Shown here piece by piece: positions 11,504 through 24,631 of a stretch of DNA of 64,000 nt. Origin of the DNA: Amphiscolops sp. MND2022 (taxonomy: Eukaryota); contig OZ076409.1 in NCBI GenBank assembly GCA_964187785.1, positions 35,342,001-35,406,000 on the forward strand, written 5' to 3'. The position numbers were made by a program, and so were the translations under genes. The number at the start of each line of letters is the position of its first letter. Positions within the stretch are counted from its first letter, which is position 1. The notes beneath the pieces are model-generated. The model was not told the origin of the DNA and did no database searches. It worked only from the letters and a program-made list of their open reading frames with translations.

Positions 11504-12997
11504 CCATCAATTACATCGGATTCTGACACTGATGCGCCCACCGCGCAGCTTACATCCGATGTTGACCAAGGCGCTACTCAGGTTAACCCGCACTATGGCT
11601 TACGCCGGAATCGAGTACCTCGATATCGATGTGGAACCTGTGGGTTTCGCGATTGCACTAGTGTCATGGCTCTGAACAAATCGCCCACTACCCCACTTGG
11701 ACCTGTGAAAGCTACGGTGGATCCAAAGCCTCAACCTTTTATCCACAATGGTAAGCTTCTTGTCAGTCGCGTTGTCATCCGAGCAGAAAAGACATACACC
11801 GGTCTAGAAAGAAAATGTATCTTCCCTGTGGATGTCGTGCTGGAAGAAATATCTAAATCCAAGATTGCTGAGGAACCTTGTCCCCGCTTCAAGGAGTGGA
11901 CGAGCGATCTCCTTGGATTGAAATTCACACTTGCCGTCACAGTGCCTCCTGTCACTCCTAACATTGTATTTGGACCTTTCAATTATGAGAGGGAACCCAT
12001 TCAAATGGTTCGCTGTATTACCGCTGACCTCCTATCTGACAAATACGGCATCACCTGTCAGCCTGGTGAAGTGTATCGCCCAGCCCAAAATTGGTGGTTG
12101 CTTTTAACTGCCCCACATGCTCACTCTTTGGTCCAGCCTGACAGCTTGCGGAGCTGTCTAGAGAGTTTGCGGACTGTTGTCACTGAGGAACTCATTTTGT
12201 GCTTCCACATCGTAGATCTTCATCGTGGAAAACTACGGTTCCGATTGTGGCTAGAGCTGATTATCACTTTGTTCGCCCGCTTCCCCCGTATCCGCCTTTT
12301 GGATGATTGGACCCATTCCTTTACCGAGCCTGTAACGATCCACACTGCACTTGGTACCCTGGATTCATGGTCAACAGCAAATGTGGATAATCAGTCTCTG
12401 TCGAGTTCTGTCTGGCAGGATCTATCTGCTATTCGTGGACAGAACCATATAGACCCAGCTGATGAAAAAGGCCCCGGACGTCAGATTGTGTTTCCTGGTG
12501 CCCTACGACCGAATTTGGTCGATTATATTGTTTACGACCAAACTGACTTCTTGCAGGTGCAGGGCCACGTATCAATTTGCTGCCCTGCAGACCTTAACAC
12601 CAATTCTGCTGCCTTGCGCTAGATTCTTCGCGAGTGTGGCAGCGACAAAAAATTCCAACTTCGCCCAACAGTTGGTGAAGTCCTAACTCTCCCATCCTCA
12701 TTGTCTTTAATGGATAGTCAGCTTATTCACCTAATGATAACACGCCCCTCCCAGCGTTCACCACAAATCACCGATGACTTTTTCTTATGCTTGGAGCACT
12801 TGAAAGCTTCATTATTGTCCACCGAAACCCCTGATTTTCACTTCCCCATAGTGGACCCCGAGCGCCCACTTCGCAGCTTGGACAATTTTTATCATAGTGT
12901 CATGGACGTTTTTGCAGGAACTGATATCACTGTACTTCTGCATGATCGCGTCTATGTCTCCATTGCCAGTATTGAACAACTTCCCGGCATCACTTAG
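11504..12997 (+). pseudogene. C-terminal Pol extension: CxxC motif plus two TARG1/Poa1p-like macrodomains, with an in-frame TAG at 12620
   Basis: Same frame as ORF 9962-11503 across TAG 11501; ORFs 11666 and 12701 are in frame across TAG 12620; residue pattern resembles OARD1/TARG1 twice (see findings). Confidence 0.65.
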
Positions 12998-14084
12998 CTT
13001 CAACGTAAAATTTTTTGGTTAATTTTCTATTTGCTATCCTGATATCTCATGCTTGATACGCGATGCTTGTTACTTTCTGGTAGCATGCGTTGAAATCCAT
13101 TGCCCAGGCCACACTCCACTTCTTTTCGCGGGGGGAAGGGGTGTCTTCAACGCCCAATCCATTCTCTCGCATTTTTTGTTAGTCATTGCTATCTTTATAT
13201 TAATGGAGGTGCTCAACGATTAAAGCCCGGGTAGCCACAGTGCAATAAATAACCCAAAAACTCTACATGTATTGCTACGCCCGAAAGGTGCTATTTTCGT
13301 TTTTTTTTTCCAAGATTTCCAGAAGTTTCTCCAGATTCCAACGTGATATCCGGAGAAATAAGGAGCGCGCGCGATCCTGATCTGCAAATGGCAAGATTTG
13401 ATCTACCTTTGTCTGCTTTACTCCAGTGCTAACTCTTACGAGCAGTTCGTAGTTTGCTTCTGATGCGCTCCTTGACAGATGCTACTGAACTCTATACAGG
13501 TATGGAGCTGCACATCAGTGCGTGTTGCCCAAACCAAGCCGAACTGTAAAAAAACGTATCAAAGAAACAGCTTTTCTTCCTTTTAGACAGTGGTTTTACT
13601 GCTGAAAAGAAGTTTTAGAGAAAAGAACTTTTAACTGTGCTGCAAACTGAATTTTTATTGCCGTGGAAAAGATGTTTTGTTGAGAACCACGTGCGCTTTG
13701 GAGCGTTAGCGCTCCGTAAAAGAAATTTTAGATGTCCAACAACCAAAGTGCTAGCAGGATCCTATTTAGACTTTTGCAGAAAACTCGTGCTAAAAAAGTG
13801 GTGCTTTTTTTATTGATGTTTGGAATCTTGGATTTGATCAATTTCAAGGTGCATTTTTGAGTACTGGTTTTCTAGCTCTCGAGCTAGCTCTGTTTCAACA
13901 GTTTCTGGACGATGCAGGTTCTCTGGATGGCTAGAAGCAAGACCTCATGGTTGCCCAATCAGCAAAAGATGACAGTGCCACTGGACCGTTGCAACATCAC
14001 CAGTTTGAGACCCCCGTGGATTGCACTCATGATGTGGCGATGTATTCAATGCCAGCCTCGCCGCATGACAGGGACGTCATGCAT

Positions 14085-14100
14085 AAAGCCCGGGGAGTGA
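14085..14100 (+). promoter_or_regulatory. Polypurine tract
   Basis: AAAGCCCGGGGAGTGA immediately precedes the TGTAAC start of the 3' LTR. Confidence 0.75.
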
Positions 14101-14872
14101 TGTAACGGCAAGCTCTGGTACAGCAATATCAACCGATTTTGCAACTTTGACATGTTCAGAAATTTTGGTAAAAATTCTAATCCGATGTGTGACGTGGCAC
14201 TGAGCATGTGATTGCTTTTTTCGCTGTTTCCACGAAATTGGCAGGTACTTCGACAACAAAGAGCAAGGACGAGCAAAAACACGGGCGCGCCGCCTTGACA
14301 GAAGCCAGAGACGGCAAGAACATCCGAAAATAGACTCTTTTTGAGGTGCTAACACCGGTTTTATCGATTTTCAGCATTATGCTACCCTATGTAGCGGAAA
14401 CCGTAAAAATGAGTCTTTTCGCCTAAAGATCCTTGTTTGGTGCTTGGAGCCCCTGCGCCCCAGCTTGTAGCTGTGTGGTTTGCCATATTCGTGCTTGTTT
14501 TCATGTATTTTCAGTGATTTTGGCTGTATTCAGTAGCGCTAGCGCTAGTTTAGATCTTAGTCCCCAATTTTAGATCTTATTCACATGTCACTCTGGAACT
14601 GAAAATTTACCTTATTCGTGGCATTGTTTTTATATGCTAGTTAAGCGGTGGTCTTTAGAGAGTCAGAAAGATGCCCGTTATTATTAGCAATCAAAGACTA
14701 GGACCGGTTGGACAGTATTCGTCGAAGCACCCGCGGCCCCGGGACGTATTTCACCCCTGGAGGCAAAATGGATCTGTGGCGATGGGCCCCTGTCCCGAGC
14801 GATTCACCCATTCCTGCAGGTTCCTCCACCTCTGTTAACGCGTTAATCGACCGATAACAGCTTGCCGTTACA
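14101..14872 (+). repeat. 3' LTR, 772 bp
   Basis: TGTAACGGCAAGCT...AGCTTGCCGTTACA 14-bp terminal inverted repeat with TG..CA ends. Confidence 0.97.
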
Positions 14873-17429
14873 TTTCAAACACACGGTTCCGCAACTCCAA
14901 ACCAAACACTGCGAGAAAACAAACAACCCAGAAACATACAATTTTTTCCAAGCCAGCAACACCCCTCTAACACTCACTAAGAACTATTGACCGTCAAGTT
15001 GAATGCACGCTATAAAAAGAGCTAAGCGCAACCAACATGCTCCACAGTTCAAATTTCGAGAACTGATTCGAGTATGTTACAAAATCTAATTGCATTCATG
15101 ATGTCTTATCATAAAATTATCTCATATTACAATGGCAAGTTCCCCTGGAACATGGATCATTGAGCAGTATCCCGTTCCAATAGACAATAAAAAGAAACAG
15201 CTGGAATTTGTCTCTACTGTGACGACTCCGACACCTGCATTCACAGCCAACCTTTTCACTGCAAATGGCAAAAAGCCACACAAATTCCCCGACAAAGTCG
15301 TTTTGGCCAAATCAGAAAAACAACAACGAGTTTACATCAAAAAGAAACAAGATGTATAAGCCATGACGACTTGAGGGTAAACCGAATATGGCCTAAAAAT
15401 GGAATACAACAATTTTCCGAAGACTTTCACCTCAAGCACTGAAAATGGGAGACAAACTTCACTCGACCCACAGTCTTGTCGAAAACGACGACGACGAGGG
15501 GGTGAGAGATGAAGAAGAGGGTCCTGCTGAAAAAGAGGGTTTGTGGGTACGATCTTCTCATCGGCTGAAGGCTCCTCACAATCTTCAGATTCATTCCCAA
15601 ACAAAGCTGCAGAAATTGCGGCAGCAATATTGGAATACAGACAAATCGCTTATCTTGGCCATATACGCTTTGACGCTTCTTTTTATCAGTAAGTTAATTG
15701 ATTTTCTGGACGCTGGAAGACAACCTAGAACCTCTCATCCAGTCTTCAATCAATCAGCAATAGCCACAACCAAATCTTCACAATTTGTTTATCACCTAGT
15801 AACCTTAATCGACCTACCCACAATACGCGACAATTAATGGAACAACAGACTTGCAGAGGAAACACCTTTGAAGAAACAGCATGAAGTGCTATGTTCTACT
15901 AAAACCATATACGTTGAAAAACCTCGATTCAGCGCAGATTTGAATAAGCTGGGAACGGCCCAAGTCGTCTCCTCGCTCAAGGTTTAGAAAATTAAAAAAT
16001 GTAAGGCAACGTGTTTTCAACTGGAGACAACAAATTCCATTTTGCTCCACAAAAAAAACATCTCAAAAATGAAACACTGAGAAAAAATTCAAAAACTACT
16101 CTAAAAAATTTTTGATGAAGGTGTCCGGTAGATCGAATAGTGCTGAAAACCCTAAGGAATCCTCTTTGCTGGCAAAACATGCCCTTTCTAGTCAAAATTG
16201 AAAATTGTTTTGAAAAAAAAAACAAGTTTAAAACAGTCGCATGAAAAAAACCTCACTCTTGAAAAAAAACAACGTTCGGGTAAATCGTGCTGAGAAATCC
16301 TAGTTTAAAGACGCAACACTGCCCAAAATGTAAAAGAAGTGACCCTTTGGGCTTTTAGAACACCCATTTGTTGCGAAAAATAAAAAAACCGAAGGGGACC
16401 TATTGGAGAAATTTCAACCATTTACTATTATTCAACCATTATTCTTGAGAAGAATCCACAAAACTTTTCCTCATCTGTTGAAAATTTTGCACTACCAATA
16501 TTATTCTGTGAATTCTTCGGCCAAATTGGCGGCACTTTGAAATGCACTTTTTCCTCATTTCTTGAAAACATTTTGGTAGTCGCAAAAGCCTTTTTTCCTC
16601 GATTCTTGAAAAAAACCAAAGTTCTCCGATTGGCGTCGTAATGTTCCAAAAAATCTCACAAAGCCAAAACATTAAGAAAAAGTTTTAGTCAAGTGAGAGA
16701 CAGAAAATAACGTCATTCTGCTTCTCAGACACCTCTATAGTCTGCTCTTTCTACGAAACCGCCGGCTAAGAACTCACTTGACTTCAACTTTCATTGCATA
16801 AAAAATTATTCTGGGACAGCAAATGACAAATGTAGACATTCGAAAACCCCGTTCTGAAAAGATAAACATTGACAGGTCCTTTGAGATTCATACCTGCGCA
16901 AAAAAATCAGAAACTAAACCCAAACAATAGTGTTCTGTACTCAAAACACCCTTTATCAGTCTAGACGTACGCCCATTTGGCCTCCAAGCTCTGAATTAGA
17001 CAATGCACAAGAATAAGAGACCCTTGACCGAATAGAAAGACTGAGCGTATGCATGGCCCAATTGAGGATTCACTCAGACCCACAACTAAAGCACAGAAAC
17101 TCCAACTTCTCGATAATTGTTCCACATAACTGATATCAATCTGTTCGGAAAAAAACTAAAAGGTCCATTTAAACTGCTCTGCAGTACTGTAGAAGAAGCC
17201 TTGACTTTTTCAACAAATCTATGATCTATGAGCAACCATCAAGTATCAGACTGCTATGGATGATCCACTTCACAGCACTTCGAAACAGTTTCTCGATAAG
17301 ATTTCAACAAATATGTGCTAGCTGCAGGAAATCATTCCGACTTAATCCATATGGGACAAACATTTTCCCTGGAACCCACTTCTAGGTCTGCTGCAAAACT
17401 AACCACAGCGATCCAGCTCAACAACAATA

Positions 17430-18204
17430 TGTAACGGCACCCTCTGGTACAGCAAAATCAACCGATTTTGGAATTGTGACATGTTCAGAAATTTTGTCAA
17501 AAATTCTAATTCGATCTTTGACGTGGCACTGAGCATGTGATTGCTCTTTTCGCTGTTTCAACGAAATTGACAGGTACTTCGACAACAAGAGCAAAGATCG
17601 AGAAAAAACATAAGGCCATCCGCCCGAACAGACGCCAGAGACTGCAAAAACCACTGAAACTAGACTCTTTCGAAGGTGCTAACCTTGATTTCAGCAGTAT
17701 GCTACCTTAAGTAGCGAAAACCGTAAAAATGAGTCTTTTCGTCTAATTCACAAATCTGTGCCTGTGGTCCCCCAGCTTGCGAGCTGAATGTGGATGTTGC
17801 CAAATCGCTGTTGTGGACGAGATTGCTGTAGATTGCTATACATTGTTGTAAGTTTATGGCTACTTTGACAACTTTAGATCTTATTTCGCAATTTTAGATA
17901 TTATTCCACAAGTCACCTTGAATAACGAAAATTTAACATAATTCTTTTTGGAACGTTTCTAAAGGCTGTCGAAGTAATAATTTCGAAGAGAAAGCGTAAT
18001 TCGCGCTACTGGCAGCAATTAAAGTCTTGATCAGGCCGGCGAGCACTTCACAAGAAGCGGAATCCTCCTCTGACGGGACAGTTTTTACCCGAAGGAGGCA
18101 AAATGAGCTCGTGGTCATGGGCGCCTGTCTCGGGCAAATACCCATACCTTGTGTTCCTCCAACTCTAATGGTTACGGCGACAATGGTGAGAGCTTGTCGT
18201 TACA
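17430..18204 (+). mobile_element. Solo LTR, diverged relative of the 14101-14872 LTR
   Basis: TGTAACGGCA...AGCTTGTCGTTACA, 775 bp, colinear similarity to the 3' LTR; flanked by ATA/ATA. Confidence 0.92.
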
Positions 18205-19976
18205 ATAAGGAAGGAACGTTTCAAGTCGGCGGTATAGCTAAGGCTCATGAAGCGCAAAGTTTTTAAATCATGCTCAGGACGTTTTTAATGGAAAACTCTT
18301 GGAAAAACTTCACCCAAAGGAAGCCTCCGCTGCTCAAGAAAATGCTTCAACAGTTCGGATAAAGCGTGCTGGGACAAATATGGGACTGTCCTCCACCTCC
18401 TCGGTAAAACGCAATATACCGTTCGGATATATCGTCAAAAAGTCGGCTATAACGCTCCACTTCGGATTTTACCTCGAAAAGTTGGATAGTGAACCATTCA
18501 GAGTGAGGCTGTCAAAAAGATAGTCCCAGTAATAGTGGGGCCTTTTTTTAAAGTAAAGAGCCCACTAAAATGTCCCTTCGATATGAGAGGTGAAAGTAGC
18601 CACCGTGGACGAAAATCAGCAGATGATCTGTCTCATTAATTACACACCCCATAGCCTCCCCGGGAAAACTTCTTTACCACGCGAAATGTTTTTATTCAGA
18701 GATGTTTTCCTGAACAATGTAGTAGTTTTCCTGAACACAGTAGTAATCCAAATTAAAATCCTACCTCAGTCATTTGCACTAAAAACTTCCCCTCCTTTTA
18801 CCCACTCATTTTACTAACTCATTTTTTCCTTAAGTTTTCGCCTGCCAATGGGTGAGCAGTCGCGAAATGACTAACGATTTTACTAAGATTGTTAAGTGCA
18901 ACAATACAGTTTATATCAGAAGAACCCGAGCTAAAATAAACCAGGATTAGTACTAAAAAAGATCGAAGCTAAAGATGAATCGCGGAAGGATGAAATGACG
19001 GAACATTAGTAAAGTTCAGCTAGATTGAGAAGACGCAAAATTGAAAAATTCTATCATATACCCCAGAAATTCAAAATACAAAGCTAGTTGTGATTGGTAG
19101 CGTGTAAATCATATTGAAGTGCTTGGCTACTTGAATACCGGCCGCGCGGCTTTCAGGTCATTGTTTTGCGAAAAACAACAAGACCTTCAATTAAACCGCT
19201 ATCTTCTCGTTCCTGTCTTAAGGAAGTTTCCATTCCCGCTTCGCTTACAGTCTCTGTCCCCTTTATCCCTCTATTAGTTTTCACATTCCGTACTCGCTCT
19301 CACTAGTTTCTGCTTCAAAATCGATTTGGAATAATTGCTTTTTGTTTGCAATCTTTCACAAGTGCTCAAACCTCCTTTGGGTTATTTGTCTAATTTAAGA
19401 GCGTCCACTCCAGTCTGGTTTCTTGCCTGGCCAGTGAGTAATATCTTAGACTTTGCCGTGGAGATTGCTCACTTTCCTATTTTCTTAGCAATTCCTCTCT
19501 TAGAATATTTTCCGTTGATTTCAATCTGGCGGTTGACGAAGGTTTATCTGGGAACATTCCTTTATCTCTAAACCAGAGTTGACGAACATACAGTGTTAGC
19601 AAAAATAACAAACTTGTGTCTTACAGTTTGTATTTGAATACCTAAAATCTTTCCTCTAGAGGTTTTCTTGCTATTCAAAGCTCAATGAATCAGGACACTG
19701 AAACTATAATTTTTGCGTTTGGCTTGTCATAGATCCATACCGTTTTTTGCTTGGTGCTTGTTGAATATTTTATCCCTAAAAATAGGATGTTCCACCACGT
19801 TTTACATAAGAATCATTATACCAGTGTTTGATTCTGTGAAGGTACATAATAACTATTGAGAGTGTAAAGAATAGCGTAGAGTCGTTTCACGCTGGAATAT
19901 ACCGCTCCAACATGTCAATGGATTAGACACTGTTATACGTTAGTAAAATTCCCTAGTCCCAACAACTGCTTCCCTT

Positions 19977-20700
19977 TCTAACGTCAGCCAGTCGATGTTG
20001 CAAAATTTCGTTGAAGATTTCAGAATGTTCGATATCAAAAATTGTCACAATAAAAATGGCCCACCTAGCAGGTACTGAAAATCGAGAAGGAAGACAGAAA
20101 AGGTGCAAAACACCCCCACCCAGCCCGAGAGAGAACACCCCGCCATAGAGATATCACCGAAATTGCCGTGTGGTGCCATCCCCCTCACGTGTGGTGGAAG
20201 ACGTCCCAGCTAACAGCAGAACCCAAAGAATGGCCCAAGAGATAAGGAAACTCAGAAGTTTGTAACTTTGCATGTGCCACCTCGCAAGTCCAAGACTCGC
20301 TGACACTGACGCCTGCTGTTTCCTTAGTCTGTTGTACCGTATTTGTGGTTTTTGCAGGTATTTGGTGTTGTTTGATCCCTATTTCACTTATTTTAGATGT
20401 TATTCCGATAATACAATGTACTTTAGCTGAACACCTGTTTTTGGACCTCGAGAGGATGTAGGAAGTCGCAGGAACCCTAGGAAACGTTTCTACGTGCTTT
20501 TGTGACCTGTCCGGACTTTGAGTGCACGTCGAATCGGAGCTCTAAAATGAAGAGCTTCCTCGACACCAGAATAGTCCCCCTAGCAGATCATTTGGGATCA
20601 AAAACTGATGTCTACGATTGCAGTAAGACAATGGTCTCCTGTTCAAGCAATCTAGAGATTGTCCCAGTTCTAGGATGTACGCTACAATCTTGACGCTACA
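19977..20700 (+). mobile_element. Solo LTR of a second family
   Basis: Degenerate inverted termini TCTAACGTCA...TGACGCTACA; 3' part similar to 46690-47222; flanked by CTT/CTT. Confidence 0.7.
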
Positions 20701-20949
20701 CTTAAACAACTCAGCATAAATACTTCCTTAACGCTTTGTCTACACAGAGCTCTTTTGTACAAAATATGACTTGCACGTACTCACACAGCTTTATTTGTGC
20801 GCACGTACATGCAAGGCACTTCCTTTTCAATTTTAAACAGAGTTGTCTATTCTTAGCAATTCTATTTTGATAGAAGTAAAGTCGCTCTAAGGTACTTTGC
20901 CAAAAGCTATAACAGCTAAGCTTACTAATACTGATAACAACTTGTTATA

Positions 20950-21322
20950 GGTATGGATTAAAAGATGAAGCAACAGCTAATATGAAACTCTAACAAAGTT
21001 CAAACTAACTACACCTAGCAACCAAATTGTATATGCGAGATGATACATTCGCAACTGATTCAGGAGTAGTTTATTTACATCCAACAACAGGAACAAACTG
21101 GGTTCTATTCGTTTATAGTTTTAACTTCGACTCTTACGGTTTCCCACCTCTAAGCAATATCGAAAGTGAAATTTAAAAAGGTTCTTATTCAGAATATCGA
21201 ATTCAGAAAGACGACAGTTATTGCGCAGCCTACTGTTCTTTGTTTTATATCTCACAAATATTTTTGGCTTCAAAAATGCAGCTTTAAATGTATACCATCA
21301 AACGTTCGAACGTAATAAATGA
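20950..21322 (+). pseudogene. Adenain-like cysteine protease (copy A)
   Basis: YGLKDEAT, LHPTTGTNWV, FDSYG, QKDDSYCAAYC match the copy C protease; contains stops. Confidence 0.85.
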
Positions 21323-21513
21323 AAAAAGTAAGAGTTGTTCAATCGAAATAAAAACTATTTCAAGAACAAAAACCCAATACAGCAACGCTTGCTTCGCATG
21401 TAAAGAAAAAGTTGTCGAAAGATAGACAAAATTTTACAAACAACATAGCTGCAAGTGGATTTAAACAATTTACAGTACCCGAAGCTTAGAAGAAACATTT
21501 TTTCTTATAATAA

Positions 21514-22070
21514 ACGGATATATCAAACTTTGTAACTTATGATGATAAAATCTTTTTGCTAAATAAAGCAAAATCTGATTTGGATATTGTTGAAAAAGCC
21601 TTATCCAAACCTCAGGAAACTCTAGAGTTTAAAATAAAGAACGTGAATTTTTCCATTTAATATTCTGTTGGAATTGCCTGAAAAATGGATGATTGGAGTG
21701 ATTAGTCTGGAAGCCTATTCTACATTATATAGTATTTCCAGCAAAAACAACTCATTCCAGATACAACTAACAGACGAACAACTTAGTGGTATTGATACAA
21801 AAACAACATCAATATTAACAGCATCATACCCCGTTACATTTATTTCCGAACTTAATTAAGTCCTAGGATTCGGGATTCACAAATCCACACCATACAAAAG
21901 GAACTCCTAAATAAGAAAAACCAGTTAAGATTATAACCACAGACAAAGTTCATCTGAAGTGCGATTGTGTAGATGGTTCAATTGTTAATGGCGTACAAGA
22001 ACAAATTTATTTTCATTATATTTAGGTGCACCTCCCTGATATAAAATTATAAAAGAACTCAATATTGTTT
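21514..22070 (+). pseudogene. Minor capsid/penton protein (copy A)
   Basis: ELPEKWMIGVISLE and TTDKVHLKCDCVDGS, homologous to 49213-50300. Confidence 0.8.
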
Positions 22071-22164
22071 AATAGTTATAATTTTAGTTTTGATTAATTT
22101 GTTTAATCGTAAATAATTGATTTAATTTTAAGAATTTTCTCTGAAAACTTTTTCTAATAATAGA

Positions 22165-22560
22165 GCTTCAATAAATTTAAAAGTAGTTCATATTGTCTTG
22201 GTGGCAGACACTACCCAAACCATGAATAGCCGCGGAGATTTTACTCAAAATAAAAAAAACTGACATGCCAGTAAATCTACTTGTGGGTATGTGTTCGACT
22301 TGTAAAAGAAAAAAGTCACTTATAGTAACAGATCAAACAATACAAGCGGATGGATTGGGTAATTTTTTTGTTCACTTGGCAAAGCAGCAAAACATGTTGA
22401 AGAGAAAATTTTAAATAATCCTGGAAGAGCATTATAGCTCGCAGCAAATATTGGAACTGCAGCAGCAAGTAAAAAACCTAGACTTATTGCATCAATTGCC
22501 TCTGATATTATAAAGTTTGTTCACCAAGGGAAGGGTATATATTTTAAAAAATTAATTAAA
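22165..22560 (+). pseudogene. Small basic Cys/GxG virion-type protein (copy A)
   Basis: Homologous to 50313-50714 (CSTCKRKKSL, QADGLGNFF, AANIGTAAASK). Confidence 0.8.
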
Positions 22561-22619
22561 TTACAGCTTCGCAGGCCATGCTGTAAGTTAAATAGTATTT
22601 TGAATGATTAGTAATTAAA

Positions 22620-23620
22620 TAATTTTTTTCTGTTCATATTCGTGGTGATTTAGAAAAGTTGACAAATTGCAACAAACATTTAGTTCTTGAGAGCTGAAAG
22701 ACTAAAATAAAAACTCGGGAAGCAAGACTTCCATTACGATATGGAAGAAGTTTTCGAACCCGTTACCGAAAACCAGAAACAAAACCAAATCCAAATTCAA
22801 CTACAATCAGATAAGCAAATACAAACCTACGTGATACTACTCAAACTACAACACAAGCAATCAAAAATCAGACAAGAGCAATACAAGAACCTGGTCAAAA
22901 TTTTAATGAAAAGTTGCACTGCTCAATCGAAAAAAGAATACGAGAATATGATGCACTATCTACTCGTAATAATCAAAATGTCACCAATTTGGTTAATTCT
23001 AACCTAGTGGTTAGTTCCATAGTAAAAACAGTTTCCAACCTTCTCAATGATAAAAATAGAAGTCACTTTAAATTGGAACCGGTTGAAGGAAGTTCCAATT
23101 TATTCACAAGTAACCTCACTAATCCTCAACAAGTACAAATCAAAGGATCAACGATGACTTTCCATATTATTAAAGGTAACCCAATTAATTTATATGATCC
23201 GGATTTTTCATATTTTATAACTAATACACAATTTGATAAACAACGTCAAAACAAACAACTAATTTTTTATTTTTTAAATATGAAATACATCATAAACTAT
23301 GGGGATGAAAAATCAATGAGATATTATTTTATTAAAGATTTGATTCATCAATAGAGGTATCAACCTGTTTCAGGAAGTGGATTGGGTACCAAAACGATAA
23401 ACCACCTTTCTCCAAAGCCTTTCTCCAATTTATATCTTTCTTCCATCTGATCCAGAAGAGCTAGTAGATCAAATAAACCAAATTTATTTTGAAAAAGTAG
23501 GAGGAAACGAAAATTCCCAACTCAATGAACAAATCATAGCAATTACAGATACGCTCCTGGAATAAGATTGTAATACAATAAATCAACATCAAAACATGCA
23601 AAGACAGATTATGTGAAGCC
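22620..23620 (+). pseudogene. Homolog of copy C 50756-51690 (gasderminX-like C-terminus)
   Basis: GKQDFHYDMEEVFEPV and PSDPEELVDQIN..YFEKVGGN. Confidence 0.75.
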
Positions 23621-23648
23621 AGCAAAGCTGCATTACAAGCATTTCAGT

Positions 23649-24533
23649 TTAAAAAGGACCTGTTGCTGGATAAAAGATTTTGTATTCTCTGTAAGATTCG
23701 TTACAAACTCTACATTTTTGACCATTCTTATCTTCTAACCTTTTTATTTCTAAATATTTATACTTTTATTTCCAGGTTTCCCTGCATAATATTTCAGGTT
23801 CATCATAAAACATATCAAAACGTGCAAAATCTCTGTCCATATGTACTACAATTTTCAATGCTTGTTGAAATGAAATCAGTCGATTCGGAATGTTTCTATT
23901 GTTCTTTTGGGTAAATCAAAGGAATAGTGTGACAAATAACAAACATCCAAATCATTATGTCTTCCTCTAGTAAAACAATGGATCTATTAGTGTTTTATTA
24001 CTATCCAACATATCATCAAACACTACACAACAATTTTGATAATCTTGTTTGTTCTATCTTTTAGATCTTCTTCCACTGAAATGTCTTTTATTTCTATGTT
24101 TGTATTATGTTCGCGATTCCTCGTAATGATACAATCAGTTGTTCAGGGTTAACCAAAGGAATATATTTGAATTTGTTTAATAACAATTGGGTCTTTCCAC
24201 AGACTGATCTAATTGTTCCATTAATATTATTTTCATTATGCGAAGCCAGCGTTGCTGTACTGTAGGCGCTTTGCATAATATTCGAATTCACATAATCTGG
24301 CTTCGCATGAAGTTTTATATATTTTTTGATGAATACGGTTTATTGATTTCACTTTTACAGTACTCATATTTTATTCTTTTATTAAAACATTCTATACACG
24401 TACCATACAATTTATTATTTTCCTTGTTACCAAAATATGTTTTCAATATTCCACAAACTTTACACCTCTTTTTGCTACCAAAATTATCACAAATTGGTTT
24501 TCCACTACTTTCAGGACAAACTAGACAACTCAT
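23649..24533 (-). pseudogene. A32/FtsK-like packaging ATPase 1 with N-terminal Cys clusters (copy A)
   Basis: Minus strand reads SVCGKT (Walker A remnant), VFDDML, FTRGRHNDLDV; homologous to 52026-52983. Confidence 0.85.
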
Positions 24534-24631
24534 TTGTTTAGTAAAAAACACTAAACAATTCACTAATCCTCTTTTATTTGAGCAGTAAGCAGGGGTCTCA
24601 CACTTGGTAATAATCTTAGTGATCACTAAGA

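Larger units (their letters stand above)
1..14872 (+). mobile_element. Ty3/Gypsy LTR retrotransposon, ~15 kb, coding region decayed; 5' end lies ~138 bp upstream of the window
   Basis: Near-identical direct repeats 1-634 and 14239-14872; PBS at 650; PPT at 14085; domain order PR-RT-RH-IN. Confidence 0.97.

Noticed and set aside
11666..12622. env-like third ORF
   Set aside because: No signal peptide or TM anchor; in frame with pol and macrodomain-like
14873..17429. Possible non-LTR retrotransposon or other TE fragments
   Set aside because: Only short ORFs with no recognisable RT or endonuclease motifs
18715..18745. AGTAGT motifs as the left terminus of Polinton A
   Set aside because: Not followed by TIR sequence and not preceded by the expected TSD AAAGAA
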